Counted from the first letter of the stretch, positions 1-10,708 are shown. The stretch: DNA of 64,000 bases from Aeromicrobium sp. (GCF_049587115.1 NZ_JBAVDI010000010.1:3136-67135); one strand, 5' to 3'. Translations and numbers: made by a program. Notes: generated from the sequence alone by a model not told the origin.

Positions 1-35
1 AGCGCGACGCGGTCAAGGAGCTCGGCCTGATCTGA
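1..35 (+). CDS. 3' end of a gene entering from the left, probably malate dehydrogenase
   Basis: Reads ...RDAVKELGLI* (TGA 33-35), resembling the actinobacterial Mdh C-terminus; mdh often lies near folD/DUF3017. Only 10 codons are visible. Confidence 0.5.
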   Translation, partial: RDAVKELGLI

Positions 36-107
36 GTCATACCGTGGTGGCCTCGGATCCGCGTCAGACTTCTTCTTTCCGGCCCGGATCCAAGGCCACG
101 ACTTCGT

Positions 108-383
108 TCAGCCGGGCTGACCGGGGATCACGATGGCCAGCAGGATCAGCGCGACGCCCAGCGTCGTCATCCAGAACACGTCGAACGCCTTTCCGCGGAC
201 CCGAAGCATGCCGATGTGGCTGATCGGGACGACCGAGCGCGCCACGGCTCCGACCACGAACGCGACGCCGATCACGATGACTCCCGCACGCCACGGCCCG
301 GCCACGACGAGGACCAGGCCGACCAGAACCGCGAGCAGGTGCAGCAGATAGAACTGCGATCCCCGGCTGCGCGGTCCGATCAC
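108..383 (-). CDS. DUF3017-family small membrane protein
   Basis: GTG start overlaps the folD stop (GTGA); three hydrophobic segments and a G-x-L-x-VR-x-K/R-x-x-D motif ([11 protein letters not shown]); usual position downstream of folD. Confidence 0.8.
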   Translation of the reverse strand: MIGPRSRGSQFYLLHLLAVLVGLVLVVAGPWRAGVIVIGVAFVVGAVARSVVPISHIGMLRVRGKAFDVFWMTTLGVALILLAIVIPGQPG

Positions 384-1231
384 GGGTTCAGCCTCTCGGC
401 GGTCTCCACGACGTTGGCCAGCAGCATCGCGCGGGTCATCGGGCCCACTCCGCCAGGATTCGGCGAGATCCATCCGGCCACTTCGTGGGCGGTGGGGTCG
501 ACGTCGCCGACGATGCCGTTCTCGTCACGGCTCACACCGACATCCAGCAGCGCGGCGCCACGCTTGACCATGTCGGCGCCGATGATGCCGGGCACACCGG
601 CGGCGGCGATCACGATGTCCGCGCGGCTGACTTCGGCGGCGAGGTCGCGCGTGCCGGTGTGGCACAGCGTCACGGTGGCATTCTCGCTTCGCCGGGTCAG
701 GAGGAGGCCCATGGGGCGACCAACCGTGATGCCGCGACCGACGACGACGACGTGCTGCCCGGCGATCGGCACGTCATGGCGGCGCAACAGCTCGATGATG
801 CCCCGGGGCGTGCACGGCAGAGGCGCGTCCCTGCCCAGCACGAGCCAGCCGAGGTTGGTGGGGTGCAGGCCGTCGGCGTCCTTGCCTGGATCGATCCGGC
901 CGATGACGGCGTTCTCGTCGAGTCCCTTGGGCAGCGGCAGCTGGACGATGTAGCCCGTGCACGTGGGGTCGGCATTGAGCTGGTCGACGGCGGCCTCGAC
1001 CTCCGCCTGCGTTGCGCTGCTGGGCAGGTCGATGCGCAACGACTCGATGCCGACCTCAGCGCAGTCGCGGTGCTTGCCAGCGACATACCACTGACTACCC
1101 GGATCGTCACCGACCAGAATCGTGCCGAGACCGGGCACGACCCCCTTGTCCCGGAGGGCGGAAACGCGTACGCGCAGCTCACCCTTGATCGCGGAAGCTG
1201 CCGCCTTGCCGTCGAGAATCTGCGCCGTCAC
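380..1231 (-). CDS. folD: Bifunctional methylenetetrahydrofolate dehydrogenase/cyclohydrolase
   Basis: [33 protein letters not shown] motifs. Confidence 0.97.
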   Translation of the reverse strand: MTAQILDGKAAASAIKGELRVRVSALRDKGVVPGLGTILVGDDPGSQWYVAGKHRDCAEVGIESLRIDLPSSATQAEVEAAVDQLNADPTCTGYIVQLPLPKGLDENAVIGRIDPGKDADGLHPTNLGWLVLGRDAPLPCTPRGIIELLRRHDVPIAGQHVVVVGRGITVGRPMGLLLTRRSENATVTLCHTGTRDLAAEVSRADIVIAAAGVPGIIGADMVKRGAALLDVGVSRDENGIVGDVDPTAHEVAGWISPNPGGVGPMTRAMLLANVVETAERLNP

Positions 1232-1297
1232 AGGAACGAGTGTTTCACGCTCGCGATCGGTCGAAGCCCGGCGGCCCGGTCGTCATAGACTCCCTGC

Positions 1298-1945
1298 ATG
1301 GCCACCCGCGCACAGTTGTCCCAAGAACGCAGTCGGCTGCGGCGCGATGAGTTGCTGGCCGCGGCGATCGAGCTGTTTGCCGAGGGCGGCTCGCGGGCCA
1401 TCACCCACCGCGCCGTCGCGGCCAGGGCGGGGCTCCCGCCGGCAACCACGACGTACTACTTCGAATCGATCGATGACCTGATCAGGGAAGCGCTCGGCGA
1501 ACATCTCGCGCACTGGACCAGTCAGCTCAAAGCGCTCACCCAGCTCGGCTTCGACGGGGACATGAGCCTGGACGACGTCGCACGATTCATCGCGCACGTC
1601 TTCGCCGTCCGCGGGCCCGAGATCGCTGGGCTCGAGCTGGCGATCTTCCTGGCCGCGGCACGGACCCCTGAGCTGCGGGAGAGCTCGCGTCGCTCGGTCG
1701 AGGCCTTCGAGTCGTTCGCCGTGGCGACGCTCGAACGGGTGGGTGTCCAGGAGCCAGAATCCCTGTCGGCCGCGATCGTCGCGCTGCTCACCGGCACGGC
1801 GATGCGGCGCCAGTCCGGCCGCTACTCCGAGCAGGAGGAGGCATTGCTGCTCACGACAGCGATACGCAATCTGGTCGCATCTCACGTTCTCGGCACCGAG
1901 GCCGTCGACCGGGCCCTGGCCAAGATCCACCCCCACCCACTCTGA
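1298..1945 (+). CDS. TetR/AcrR family transcriptional regulator
   Basis: N-terminal HTH (AITHRAVAARAGLPPATTTYYF); TAGACT -10 element 6 nt before ATG (leaderless). Confidence 0.9.
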   Translation: MATRAQLSQERSRLRRDELLAAAIELFAEGGSRAITHRAVAARAGLPPATTTYYFESIDDLIREALGEHLAHWTSQLKALTQLGFDGDMSLDDVARFIAHVFAVRGPEIAGLELAIFLAAARTPELRESSRRSVEAFESFAVATLERVGVQEPESLSAAIVALLTGTAMRRQSGRYSEQEEALLLTTAIRNLVASHVLGTEAVDRALAKIHPHPL

Positions 1946-1984
1946 CGGTCTCCCGGGCTCGGTGGGACTGTGCCCGTTCCGCGC

Positions 1985-3541
1985 TCAATGGAAGAAGTGG
2001 CGGGTCCCGGTGAGGTACATCGTCACACCAGCGGCCTTCGCCGCCTCGATGACAGCGTCGTCGCGGATCGACCCGCCCGGCTGGACGATGGCCTTCACCC
2101 CGGCGGCGAACAGGATCTCCGGACCGTCCGGGAAGGGGAAGAACGCGTCCGATGCTGCGACCGAACCGGTCGACCGCTCCGCGCCGGCTCGCTCGACCGC
2201 GAGCTTGCACGAGTCGACCCGGTTGACCTGGCCCATGCCGACTCCGACCGAAGCACCGTCCTTGGCCAGCAGGATCGCATTGGACTTGACCGCGCGGCAA
2301 GCCGTCCAGGCGAACTCCAGGTCTGCGAACGTCGCCTCGTCGGCGGGCTCGCCGGCGACGAGCGTCCATGTCGCGGGGTCATCGCCGGGCGCGTCGACGT
2401 GGTCGACACGCTGGACGAGTACTCCACCGCTGATGCCGCGGAACTCGATCAGTTCGGGCTGCTCGTCAGAGGGCACCCGGAGGATCCGGATGTTCTTCTT
2501 TCCCTGCAGAACGTCGACCGCGCCGGGCTCGTAGTCCGGAGCGACGATGACCTCGGTGAACACCTCGGCCACCTGTTCGGCCATCGCCACGCTGACCGGC
2601 CGGTTGGTCGCGATGACACCACCGAATGCCGACACGGGGTCGCACGCGTGGGCGCGGGCATGGGCCTGCGCGACGTCCTCGCCGACCGCGATGCCGCAGG
2701 GGTTGGCGTGCTTGATGATCGCCACGGCAGGCCCGGCGAAGTCATGAGCAGCACGGCGGGCCGCATCGGTGTCGACATAGTTGTTGTAGGACATCTCCTT
2801 GCCGTGCAGCTGCTCGGCGGCCGCCAGGCCACCGCGACCGTGCAGATAGAGCGCCGCCTCCTGGTGCGGATTCTCGCCGTACCGCAGCACGGCCGACTTG
2901 TCCCAGGTCGCGCCGGTGAAGTCCGGCCAACCGTCCTCGGCAGGTGCGTAGGTGCTGGCGAACCATGACGCGACGGCGACGTCATACGCAGCGGTGTGCG
3001 CGAAAGCCTCGGCTGCCAGCCGCTTGCGCTGGTCGAACGTGAAGCCACCGGACGCGATGGCGGCCCGCACGTCGTCGTAGGCGCCGGGTGAGACGACCAC
3101 GGCAACACTGGGGTGGTTCTTGGCCGCGGCACGCACCATCGACGGACCGCCGATGTCAATCTGCTCAACGCACTCATCAGGCGTCGCGCCGGACACCACG
3201 GTCTCGCGGAACGGATAGAGGTTGACGATGACCAGGTCGAACGGCTCGATCTCGAGCCCGGCGAGCTGCTGAACGTGGTCATCGAGGCGCAGGTCGGCCA
3301 GGATCCCTGCGTGCACCCGCGGGTGCAGCGTCTTGACCCGCCCGTCCAGGCACTCCGGAAAGCCGGTGAGCTCCTCGACAGGTGTCACGGGCACCCCGGC
3401 GGCCTCGATCGTTTTGGCGGTCGAGCCGGTCGAGACAACCGAGACACCCGCGGCGTGAAGGTCGCGAGCCAGCTCCTCGAGCCCGGTCTTGTCGTAGACG
3501 GAGACGAGGGCTCGCTTGAGGGGGCGGGTTTCTTCGGTCAT
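1985..3541 (-). CDS. purH: AICAR transformylase/IMP cyclohydrolase
   Basis: [45 protein letters not shown] motifs. Confidence 0.98.
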   Translation of the reverse strand: MTEETRPLKRALVSVYDKTGLEELARDLHAAGVSVVSTGSTAKTIEAAGVPVTPVEELTGFPECLDGRVKTLHPRVHAGILADLRLDDHVQQLAGLEIEPFDLVIVNLYPFRETVVSGATPDECVEQIDIGGPSMVRAAAKNHPSVAVVVSPGAYDDVRAAIASGGFTFDQRKRLAAEAFAHTAAYDVAVASWFASTYAPAEDGWPDFTGATWDKSAVLRYGENPHQEAALYLHGRGGLAAAEQLHGKEMSYNNYVDTDAARRAAHDFAGPAVAIIKHANPCGIAVGEDVAQAHARAHACDPVSAFGGVIATNRPVSVAMAEQVAEVFTEVIVAPDYEPGAVDVLQGKKNIRILRVPSDEQPELIEFRGISGGVLVQRVDHVDAPGDDPATWTLVAGEPADEATFADLEFAWTACRAVKSNAILLAKDGASVGVGMGQVNRVDSCKLAVERAGAERSTGSVAASDAFFPFPDGPEILFAAGVKAIVQPGGSIRDDAVIEAAKAAGVTMYLTGTRHFFH

Positions 3542-4173
3542 GGTTTCGCTCCTCCGGGCCGTACGACCCGGTCATCGATGTGGAAGTCTTCGCGGGCCAG
3601 CTTGCCGACCCACTCGACGAGCATGGCCCGCTCGCTGGTCTTGATGCGCTCGTGCAGGGTCGACTCATCGTCGTCGTCGAGCACCGGGACGGCGACCTGG
3701 GCCACGATCGGGCCCGTGTCGACGCCTTCGTCCACGACGAAGAGGGTCGCGCCGCTGACCTTGACGCCGTAGGCCAGTGCGTCGCGAGGACCGTGCATGC
3801 CCGGGAACGCCGGCGAGAGCGCTGGATGCGTGTTGAGGGTGCGACCACCGAACAAGGCAAGGAAGGCCGGGCCGGTCAGCTTCATGAACCCCGCAAGGAC
3901 CACCAGGTCGGGATCATGCGCAGCGACAGCCTCGGCGAGCGCGACGTCCCACGCCGCCCGATCATCGAATGAGGAGACCGGGAGAACGAAGGTCGCCACG
4001 TCGTTCCGTTCCGCACGCGCCAGGCCCTCGATCCCGGGCCGATCGGAACCGACCGCGACGATCTCGGCGCCGTAGTCAGGACTTGCCGTCGCGTCGATCA
4101 GCGCCTGCAGATTTGTGCCGCCACCAGAGACGAGGACGACCAGGCGCGCTGGCGTCCGCTGGCTGTGAGGCAC
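3538..4173 (-). CDS. purN: Phosphoribosylglycinamide formyltransferase
   Basis: [32 protein letters not shown]. Start placed at GTG 4173, 7 nt after TATCGT; GTG 4182 is an alternative. Confidence 0.95.
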   Translation of the reverse strand: MPHSQRTPARLVVLVSGGGTNLQALIDATASPDYGAEIVAVGSDRPGIEGLARAERNDVATFVLPVSSFDDRAAWDVALAEAVAAHDPDLVVLAGFMKLTGPAFLALFGGRTLNTHPALSPAFPGMHGPRDALAYGVKVSGATLFVVDEGVDTGPIVAQVAVPVLDDDDESTLHERIKTSERAMLVEWVGKLAREDFHIDDRVVRPGGAKP

Positions 4174-5290
4174 GGTCTCCACGATAGTGGGCCAGCGCCG
4201 CGCCGAGCGCGCCGCCCACCGCCATGACGGGCACCGCGACCAACAACGGAGTCAACGCCGACGGTCCGGCCTCAGCCATGCGACCCGGCCCGACCGCACC
4301 CCCGGACAGTCCGATCGCGATGCCAAGCAGGAATCCTGCCACCCCTCCGGCGGCTGCCCCCAGCGCGACTCGCGCCAGAACACCCTCACGCTGACCTGGA
4401 TCGACCCGCCACCCCGCCACCATGCCGGCGATCAGGGGCACCACGCCCAGCACGGCGACCCAGCCCGGGAACGCGCCGGGGGCCGGTAGCGCGGCCAGCA
4501 TCGGAAAGCCCGGGACGTTGCCGAGCTGTGATCCGGACAGGTCGACCGAGGTGTCGGCGCCCAGCAGGAACCCGGGCCCGATCAGCACCGACGCGGTCCA
4601 CAGGACCAGTGTGGGCACCGCCAGCAGGCAGCCGAACGCCAGTGCGATCCCACCTCCCACGCCCGGATCGAGGCCGGCCCAGATGTCGCCAGCCCGGTCC
4701 ACATTGCGCGCGAGCTGAACGACCACGATCACGGCGGCCGAAGCCAGCACCACGATGACCCCGGGCACAGCGGCGCGCGTTGCCCGTCGTACGTCTGCCG
4801 AGACCGTGAACCACAGACGTTCGGTCTGGCCGTGCCGGCGGGTGACGCCCAGGGCGGCACCGAGCCCACCCACGACGAAGGCGCCGAAGGCCGCGCGTGG
4901 GACCGAGGTGGACACGTCGCCGGACGCCGAGGCAGCCGAGGTGATGCCTGCGATGACGCCGTAGACGCCCGCGGACGTGGCGATGTAGGCAGCCAGATCC
5001 TCGGGCGGCTCCGCGACGACCCACGCCGCGACGACGGCGAGCACAACGATGCTGAGCAATGTCGCGCCGATCGGGACCAGACTGAACCACACAGCTCCCA
5101 CGTCCATGCCCGAGCCCACCGCGACGAGCCACGCGCGCACCGATGCCCGCGCGATCGAGATCGGCGATGCGCCTTCCGCTCCGCCCGCGACGAGGACGAG
5201 GCCAGCGCCCACCAGGACCGACAGGGCCGCCGCCGACAGGGCCGTCAGGATGGCTGGGCGGAGGTAGGAGGACTCGACGGACAGGGGCAC
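4076..5290 (-). CDS. Multi-pass membrane protein (DUF6350/PerM-like)
   Basis: About 10 hydrophobic helices; conserved position between sucD and purN in actinobacteria. Start uncertain (GTG 5290 or ATG 5323). Confidence 0.75.
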   Translation of the reverse strand: MPLSVESSYLRPAILTALSAAALSVLVGAGLVLVAGGAEGASPISIARASVRAWLVAVGSGMDVGAVWFSLVPIGATLLSIVVLAVVAAWVVAEPPEDLAAYIATSAGVYGVIAGITSAASASGDVSTSVPRAAFGAFVVGGLGAALGVTRRHGQTERLWFTVSADVRRATRAAVPGVIVVLASAAVIVVVQLARNVDRAGDIWAGLDPGVGGGIALAFGCLLAVPTLVLWTASVLIGPGFLLGADTSVDLSGSQLGNVPGFPMLAALPAPGAFPGWVAVLGVVPLIAGMVAGWRVDPGQREGVLARVALGAAAGGVAGFLLGIAIGLSGGAVGPGRMAEAGPSALTPLLVAVPVMAVGGALGAALAHYRGDRASQPADASAPGRPRLWWRHKSAGADRRDGKS

Positions 5291-5358
5291 CCCTTCATCC
5301 AACCTGTAAAGTAGCGGCGTCATGGACAGGCACGCCGGACGTCGAAGGAGGCTGGGTC

Positions 5359-7170
5359 ATGACTCGCGTCGATGAGTTCAACAGCTTCTACACCTCGACC
5401 TTCTCGCAGGCCGTCGAGGTCACCTACGCGGTGTGTGGCGATCGGCAGGTCGCCTTCGAGGCGACGGTCGACGCATACCGACGCGCTTGGCGCGACTGGT
5501 CCAAGATTCGCGACCGGAACCCGCTCGGCTACGTCCGCAACGAGGCGTGGAAGCTCACGCCCCTGAGCCGCGGGACCCACCCGCTGCGGCGCAGGCACGA
5601 GGAGGACGGGGACACCGAGCTGCTCGAGGCCCTCGCCGAGCTCGGAATCGACGACCGCCGGCTGATCGTCCTGATGACCCTGGGCAACACCGATCTCGAA
5701 GAGGCCTCGAGGGAGGTCGGTCTGCCCGCCGAGGAGGGCATCGAGAACATCACGACGGCGCTGTCCAGGCTCGAGATCTCGCTGGCACAGAGCATCGACG
5801 TCATCGAGCGTCGCATGCATGCGCTCGGATCGGCCACCAAGTCGCTCGAGATCCCACCACCGGCCACGGTGCGCGACGCCGCCAAGCGCGGACGACAGCG
5901 CAACACGGTGCTCCTGGTCGCCGCAGCGATCGCCATCATGCTCGGCGGCGGGCTCGTCGCAACCGACGGTGATGCCTTGGCGAGCGGGAGCACACTGCCT
6001 CGTCGAGAAAAGATTGGCGCGGAGCAGGCCGACGTCCTGCTCGACTCCGAGAAGATCGACAAGGGCAATCTGCTGTCGGCGGCTCAGGTCAGCGGGCTCG
6101 ACCCGCAGAGCAAGTGGACGGTCGACGGCACGGACGAGAACGTCAACAACACGACGCCGTACGCGACCTGCCCGACCAAGCGGTATGCCGACTCGGACCC
6201 GCTGAAGGTCTTCGTGCGCACGTTCACTGCGTCAGGCACCACCAACGAGCGGGTGGCCCAGGCGATCGAGGTGTCTCGGAGCGACGCCATCGCCTCGCAG
6301 GCCTACGAACGGCTTGTCCAGTGGTACTCCGACTGCGAACATCCTCGCGTGCAGCTGGTCGCGGCATACACCGTGCAGCGCCCCTTCGGCGACTTCCAGA
6401 TCCTCAAGCTTCGCTCGCACCGCTCTCCCGAACGCACCTTCACGGTGGGCTTCAGCCACTCCGGCACCATCACCAGCACCCTGGTCCACGAGGCGGACGG
6501 CACGGATGGACCCACCATCCAGGCCTTTGCCCGCACCCTCGACGACTCGGTCGCCAAGGTGTGCAAGGACAGCGGCGGCAAGTGCAGCGACACGATCCAG
6601 GTCAGGCGAACCGATCCGCCCCCGACAACCGATGGACCCGGCTTCCTGGGCATCGTCGACCTGCCGCCGATCGGCGACATCGACAAGGTGTGGGCGGCCG
6701 CACCAGTCTCGGCCAAGTCCAATCCGGCCTCCACACAGTGCGACAAGGCGGACTTCTCCGCCGGAGGAGCCGATCTCAGCAGGGCCCGGATCTATGTGCT
6801 CTACCAAGCCACCAAGCTGCCCGATCAGTTCGGCGTCGCCGAGACCGTCGGGCGGTTCCCGACAGCCAAGGCAGCCAAGAAGTTCGTCAAGAAGGTCAGC
6901 CGACGGCTCGACTCCTGTGCCAAGGACAACCTGTCGGCCAAGATCGACCAGAAGTCCTCGGTCAAGGGCCCGCAGTTCTCTGGCAAGGTCTGGCGGGTGG
7001 GGCTGGAGATCAACAAGGGCAAACGCACCTACTACCGCACGGCGCTGATCCGTCGCGGCGCTGATGTGGCGCAGGTGACCTTCACGCCGGCTGGCTCGTA
7101 CGACATCACCCAGCGGGCCTTCTCGTCCCTGGCAGAGCGAGCCGCGACCCGGCTGAAGTACGCCGAGTAG
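5359..7170 (+). CDS. Membrane-anchored protein: degenerate ECF-sigma-like N-terminus, TM helix, two extracytoplasmic PknH-like/sensor-type domains
   Basis: AAGGAGG RBS before ATG 5359; region-2-like and region-4-like segments; TM VLLVAAAIAIMLGGGLVA; two Cys-containing repeated domains. Confidence 0.75.
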   Translation: MTRVDEFNSFYTSTFSQAVEVTYAVCGDRQVAFEATVDAYRRAWRDWSKIRDRNPLGYVRNEAWKLTPLSRGTHPLRRRHEEDGDTELLEALAELGIDDRRLIVLMTLGNTDLEEASREVGLPAEEGIENITTALSRLEISLAQSIDVIERRMHALGSATKSLEIPPPATVRDAAKRGRQRNTVLLVAAAIAIMLGGGLVATDGDALASGSTLPRREKIGAEQADVLLDSEKIDKGNLLSAAQVSGLDPQSKWTVDGTDENVNNTTPYATCPTKRYADSDPLKVFVRTFTASGTTNERVAQAIEVSRSDAIASQAYERLVQWYSDCEHPRVQLVAAYTVQRPFGDFQILKLRSHRSPERTFTVGFSHSGTITSTLVHEADGTDGPTIQAFARTLDDSVAKVCKDSGGKCSDTIQVRRTDPPPTTDGPGFLGIVDLPPIGDIDKVWAAAPVSAKSNPASTQCDKADFSAGGADLSRARIYVLYQATKLPDQFGVAETVGRFPTAKAAKKFVKKVSRRLDSCAKDNLSAKIDQKSSVKGPQFSGKVWRVGLEINKGKRTYYRTALIRRGADVAQVTFTPAGSYDITQRAFSSLAERAATRLKYAE

Positions 7171-7179
7171 CCGGTGACG

Positions 7180-7217
7180 ACGAAGCCCCCTCAGCACCGA
7201 CGCTGAGGGGGCTTCGT
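7180..7217. terminator. Perfect 16-bp hairpin between convergent genes (likely bidirectional terminator)
   Basis: ACGAAGCCCCCTCAGC-accgac-GCTGAGGGGGCTTCGT. Confidence 0.85.
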
Positions 7218-7227
7218 GTCGAGCGCT

Positions 7228-8109
7228 TCACAGACCCTTGAGGATCTCCCGCATCAGCTCGGCGGTCTCGGACGGCGTCTTGCCAACCTTGACGCCAGCA
7301 GCCTCCAGCGCTTCCTTCTTGCCCTGTGCCGTACCCGCACCGTCGGCGACGATCGCCCCGGCGTGGCCCATCGTCTTGCCCTCCGGAGCGGTGAATCCCG
7401 CCACGTAGCCCACGACCGGCTTGGTGACGTGGGACTTGATGTACGCCGCGGCCTTCTCCTCCGCGTCGCCACCGATCTCGCCGATCATGACGATCGCCTT
7501 GGTGTCAGGATCTGCTTCGAACGCCTCGAGGGCGTCGATGTGCGTCGTACCGATGATCGGGTCGCCGCCGATGCCGATCGCCGTGGTGAAGCCATGGTCA
7601 CGCAGCTCGAACATCATCTGGTAGGTCAGCGTGCCCGACTTCGACACCAGACCGATCGGACCACTGCCGGAGATCGTTGCCGGAGTGATGCCCGCCAGCG
7701 CCTCGCCTGGCGTGATGATGCCCGGGCAGTTGGGACCGATGATGCGAGTCTGCTTGCCCTGCGCATACGCCCAGAATTCGGCACTGTCCTGGATCGGCAC
7801 ACCCTCGGTGATGATCACGAGGAGGCCGATCTCGGCGTCGATCGCCTCGATGACGGCGTCCTTGGTGAACGCCGGGGGGACGAACGCGACCGATACGTCA
7901 GCACCGGTCTTCTCGATCGCCTCGGCGACCGTACCGAAGACCGGCAGCTCGACGTCACCGTGAGTGACGGTCGTACCGGCCTTGCGCGCGTTGACACCAC
8001 CGACGACATTGGTGCCGGCCTTGAGCATCAGGGCGGTGTGCTTGGTGCCCTCGCCGCCGGTGATGCCCTGGACGATGACCTTGGAGTCCTTGTTCAAGAA
8101 GATCGACAT
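7228..8109 (-). CDS. sucD: Succinyl-CoA ligase alpha subunit
   Basis: [38 protein letters not shown] (phospho-His). Confidence 0.98.
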   Translation of the reverse strand: MSIFLNKDSKVIVQGITGGEGTKHTALMLKAGTNVVGGVNARKAGTTVTHGDVELPVFGTVAEAIEKTGADVSVAFVPPAFTKDAVIEAIDAEIGLLVIITEGVPIQDSAEFWAYAQGKQTRIIGPNCPGIITPGEALAGITPATISGSGPIGLVSKSGTLTYQMMFELRDHGFTTAIGIGGDPIIGTTHIDALEAFEADPDTKAIVMIGEIGGDAEEKAAAYIKSHVTKPVVGYVAGFTAPEGKTMGHAGAIVADGAGTAQGKKEALEAAGVKVGKTPSETAELMREILKGL

Positions 8110-8110
8110 G

Positions 8111-9277
8111 TCAGGCTCCTTCGTTCGCAAGCTCGGCGGCGCGGTCAGCCGCGCCGTCCATCGTGTCCACCAGGGTCACGAGCGGGTGGTTCCTCGTCTC
8201 GAGAATCGCGCGGCCCTCTTCGACTGCGTTCCCGTCCAGGCGAACGACCAGCGGTTTGGTTGCCTCGTCGCCGAGGATGTCCAGGGCGCCGACGATGCCG
8301 TTGGCGACCGCGTCGCACGACGTGATGCCGCCGAAGACGTTGACGAATACCGACTTGACCTGCTCGTCGTTCAGGATCACGTCGAGGCCATCGGCCATGA
8401 CCTGCGCCGACGCTCCGCCGCCGATGTCCAGGAAGTTGGCGGGCTTCACACCACCGTGTGACTCACCGGCGTAGGCGACGACGTCCAGGGTCGACATGAC
8501 CAGTCCTGCGCCATTGCCGATGATCCCGACTTCGCCGTCGAGCTTGACGTAGTTGAGCCCCTTGGCCTTGGCCTTGGCCTCGAGCGGGTCGGCCGCGTCC
8601 TTGTCCTCGAAGGCTGCGTGGTCCTCGTGGCGGAATTCGGCGTTCTCGTCGAGCGAGACCTTGCCGTCGAGCGCCTCGAGGATGTCGCCCTCGAGTCGGG
8701 CGAGCGGATTGACCTCGACCAGCGTGGCATCCTCCTCGACGAAGGTCTTCCACAGTGTCAGGACAGTCTTGACGGCCTGATCCGTGAGGACCTCGGGGAA
8801 GCCGGCTTCGGCCACGATCGACCGCGCCTTCGCCTCGTCGACACCGGTTTCGGCGTCGATCGGGATCTGCTTGACCGCGTCCGGGTTGGTCTTGGCGACC
8901 TCTTCGATCTCGACACCGCCCTCGACGCTGGCGATGCACAGGTAGCTGCGGTTGGCCCGGTCCAGCAGGAAAGAGAAGTAGTACTCCTCGACGATGCTGG
9001 CGGCAGGTGCGATCAGCACCCGGTTGACCGTCAGACCCTTGATCTGCATGCCCAGGATGTTCGACGCGTGCTCGAAGGCCTCATCCGGCGTCTTGGCAAG
9101 CTTGACGCCCCCGGCCTTTCCGCGTCCGCCAGCCTTGACCTGTGCCTTGACGACGACGACGCCGAGCTGCTCCGCAGCTGCCCTCGCCTCGTCAGGGGTG
9201 GTGGCGACAATGCCGGTGGTGACCGGTACATCGTGCTTCGCGAAGAGCTCCTTCGCCTGGTATTCCATCAAATCCAC
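8111..9277 (-). CDS. sucC: Succinyl-CoA ligase beta subunit
   Basis: [48 protein letters not shown]. Confidence 0.98.
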   Translation of the reverse strand: MDLMEYQAKELFAKHDVPVTTGIVATTPDEARAAAEQLGVVVVKAQVKAGGRGKAGGVKLAKTPDEAFEHASNILGMQIKGLTVNRVLIAPAASIVEEYYFSFLLDRANRSYLCIASVEGGVEIEEVAKTNPDAVKQIPIDAETGVDEAKARSIVAEAGFPEVLTDQAVKTVLTLWKTFVEEDATLVEVNPLARLEGDILEALDGKVSLDENAEFRHEDHAAFEDKDAADPLEAKAKAKGLNYVKLDGEVGIIGNGAGLVMSTLDVVAYAGESHGGVKPANFLDIGGGASAQVMADGLDVILNDEQVKSVFVNVFGGITSCDAVANGIVGALDILGDEATKPLVVRLDGNAVEEGRAILETRNHPLVTLVDTMDGAADRAAELANEGA

Positions 9278-9417
9278 GGTGGAGTCCGTCCTCTGTTGAC
9301 GTCCGATACGCTCGGGAGCCGGCCGACGGCCGGCAGAAATTGAGCCTGTGCGACTCTAGCCCGTAACCCGCCGTTCATGCGCGTTGGCTTCGTCACACCC
9401 CGTTCCGGAGGAATTCG

Positions 9418-10308
9418 TTGACCACCCAGAGCATCCCGTCCTCCGACGTTCACCTGCAGGTTCGGGTCGAGGGCCCGGATGACGGCCCGGTCATCATCCT
9501 CGTCCACGGCTTCCCGGACAACCAGAGAGTGTGGGACCGGATTGTCCCGCTGCTGACTCCGACGTTTCGGGTCGTGACCTACGACGTGCGAGGCGCCGGA
9601 GGGTCGACCGCACCCCGGTCCCGGTCCGGCTATCGCATCAGCAGGCTGGTCGGCGATCTCGTCGCGGTGATGGAGCACGTGCAGCCCGACGGCGGCGCGG
9701 TGCATCTGGTCGGACACGACTGGGGCTCCGTGCAGCTGTGGGCCGCGGTGATGCGCGAGTCCTCCGATGCCCGCCTGACTGGTCGGATCCTTTCGTACAC
9801 CTCCATCAGCGGGCCGGGGCTCGACCTGTTCGGACACTTCCTGCGCGACGGCATCGCCCATCGACGCTTCGCGGCGGTCGGTCGCCAAGTTGCGCACTCC
9901 TGGTATGTCCTGGCGTTCCAGACACCACTCGTGCCCGAGCTGCTCGCCCGACGATTCGGCGGACGGATTCGCGCCCTGCTCGCGCGCGGTCAGAAGCTCG
10001 ACGAGAACCACTGGGATGACTCGTTCGACGACGACTTCGGCCACGGCGTCAACCTCTACCGCGCCAACGGCCTGAGCTTCTCCCGTGGGGTCACATCGGT
10101 ACCGGTGCAGCTGGTCGTGCCCACCAAGGACGCCTTCCTGTCACCCGCGATCTATGCCGATGTCGCCGACTTCGCTCCTGACGTCCGCAGGGTCGACGTC
10201 GTGGCGGGACACTGGATCGTGCAGACCCAGCCCGCGCTCGTCGCAGACATGATCCGCGCCTACGTCACCGAGATCGACGCCCGACGCGAGTCGCGTCGAG
10301 AGGCGTGA
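9418..10308 (+). CDS. Alpha/beta-fold hydrolase (epoxide-hydrolase/EphD N-terminal-like)
   Basis: HGFPD and GHDWG motifs, C-terminal GHW; GGAGG RBS before TTG. Confidence 0.88.
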   Translation: MTTQSIPSSDVHLQVRVEGPDDGPVIILVHGFPDNQRVWDRIVPLLTPTFRVVTYDVRGAGGSTAPRSRSGYRISRLVGDLVAVMEHVQPDGGAVHLVGHDWGSVQLWAAVMRESSDARLTGRILSYTSISGPGLDLFGHFLRDGIAHRRFAAVGRQVAHSWYVLAFQTPLVPELLARRFGGRIRALLARGQKLDENHWDDSFDDDFGHGVNLYRANGLSFSRGVTSVPVQLVVPTKDAFLSPAIYADVADFAPDVRRVDVVAGHWIVQTQPALVADMIRAYVTEIDARRESRREA

Positions 10309-10549
10309 CGACGAGATCGGGGGCGCCGAGCGCCCCGCACAGATCAGCGATCGCACCCAGCGCATCAGGATCGGCATCGACCACCAGAGCCGTGGCATCC
10401 TCGGCCACCGCGGTCCTGACCAGCTGTTCCGGCGTCTGACCGCCGCCGACGTAGACCACCTCCTGACCCGCGTCGCGCAGGCGGCGGGCCTCGTGGCGTA
10501 CGGCGTCATCCCCGCCCGTTGCTCCCAGCACTGTGCGCTCCCTGACCAT
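10265..10549 (-). CDS. Short degenerate cobalamin-binding-domain-like protein
   Basis: ARRLRDAGQEVVYVGGGQTPEQLVRTAVAEDA matches the methylmalonyl-CoA mutase C-terminal pattern (ARALRDAGxEVIYxGLxQTPEQIVxxAxQEDA); the DxHxxG motif is absent. Confidence 0.6.
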   Translation of the reverse strand: MVRERTVLGATGGDDAVRHEARRLRDAGQEVVYVGGGQTPEQLVRTAVAEDATALVVDADPDALGAIADLCGALGAPDLVVTPLDATRVGRRSR

Positions 10550-10586
10550 GCCGACGATGTTCCCACAGCGTGAAGGTCGTCACAGT

Positions 10587-10595
10587 TTGTCCACA
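10587..10595 (+). promoter_or_regulatory. Perfect actinobacterial DnaA box
   Basis: TTGTCCACA in the intergenic region upstream of the M23 peptidase. Confidence 0.45.
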
Positions 10596-10708
10596 TGTCA
10601 GGCGGGGAACATGATTTATCTCGACAGAGAAGTCGATTCGGTTTCACTGCCTTGCTCTGGTCCGTTAGGCTCGTGGGGTCCTGTCGTCATGCCTCGGAGG
10701 TTTTCTGC

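Noticed and set aside
10560..10708. c-di-AMP (ydaO) riboswitch upstream of the M23 peptidase
   Set aside because: Expected from context, but I could not find the conserved GAAUC/GGAAC..GGGG motifs.
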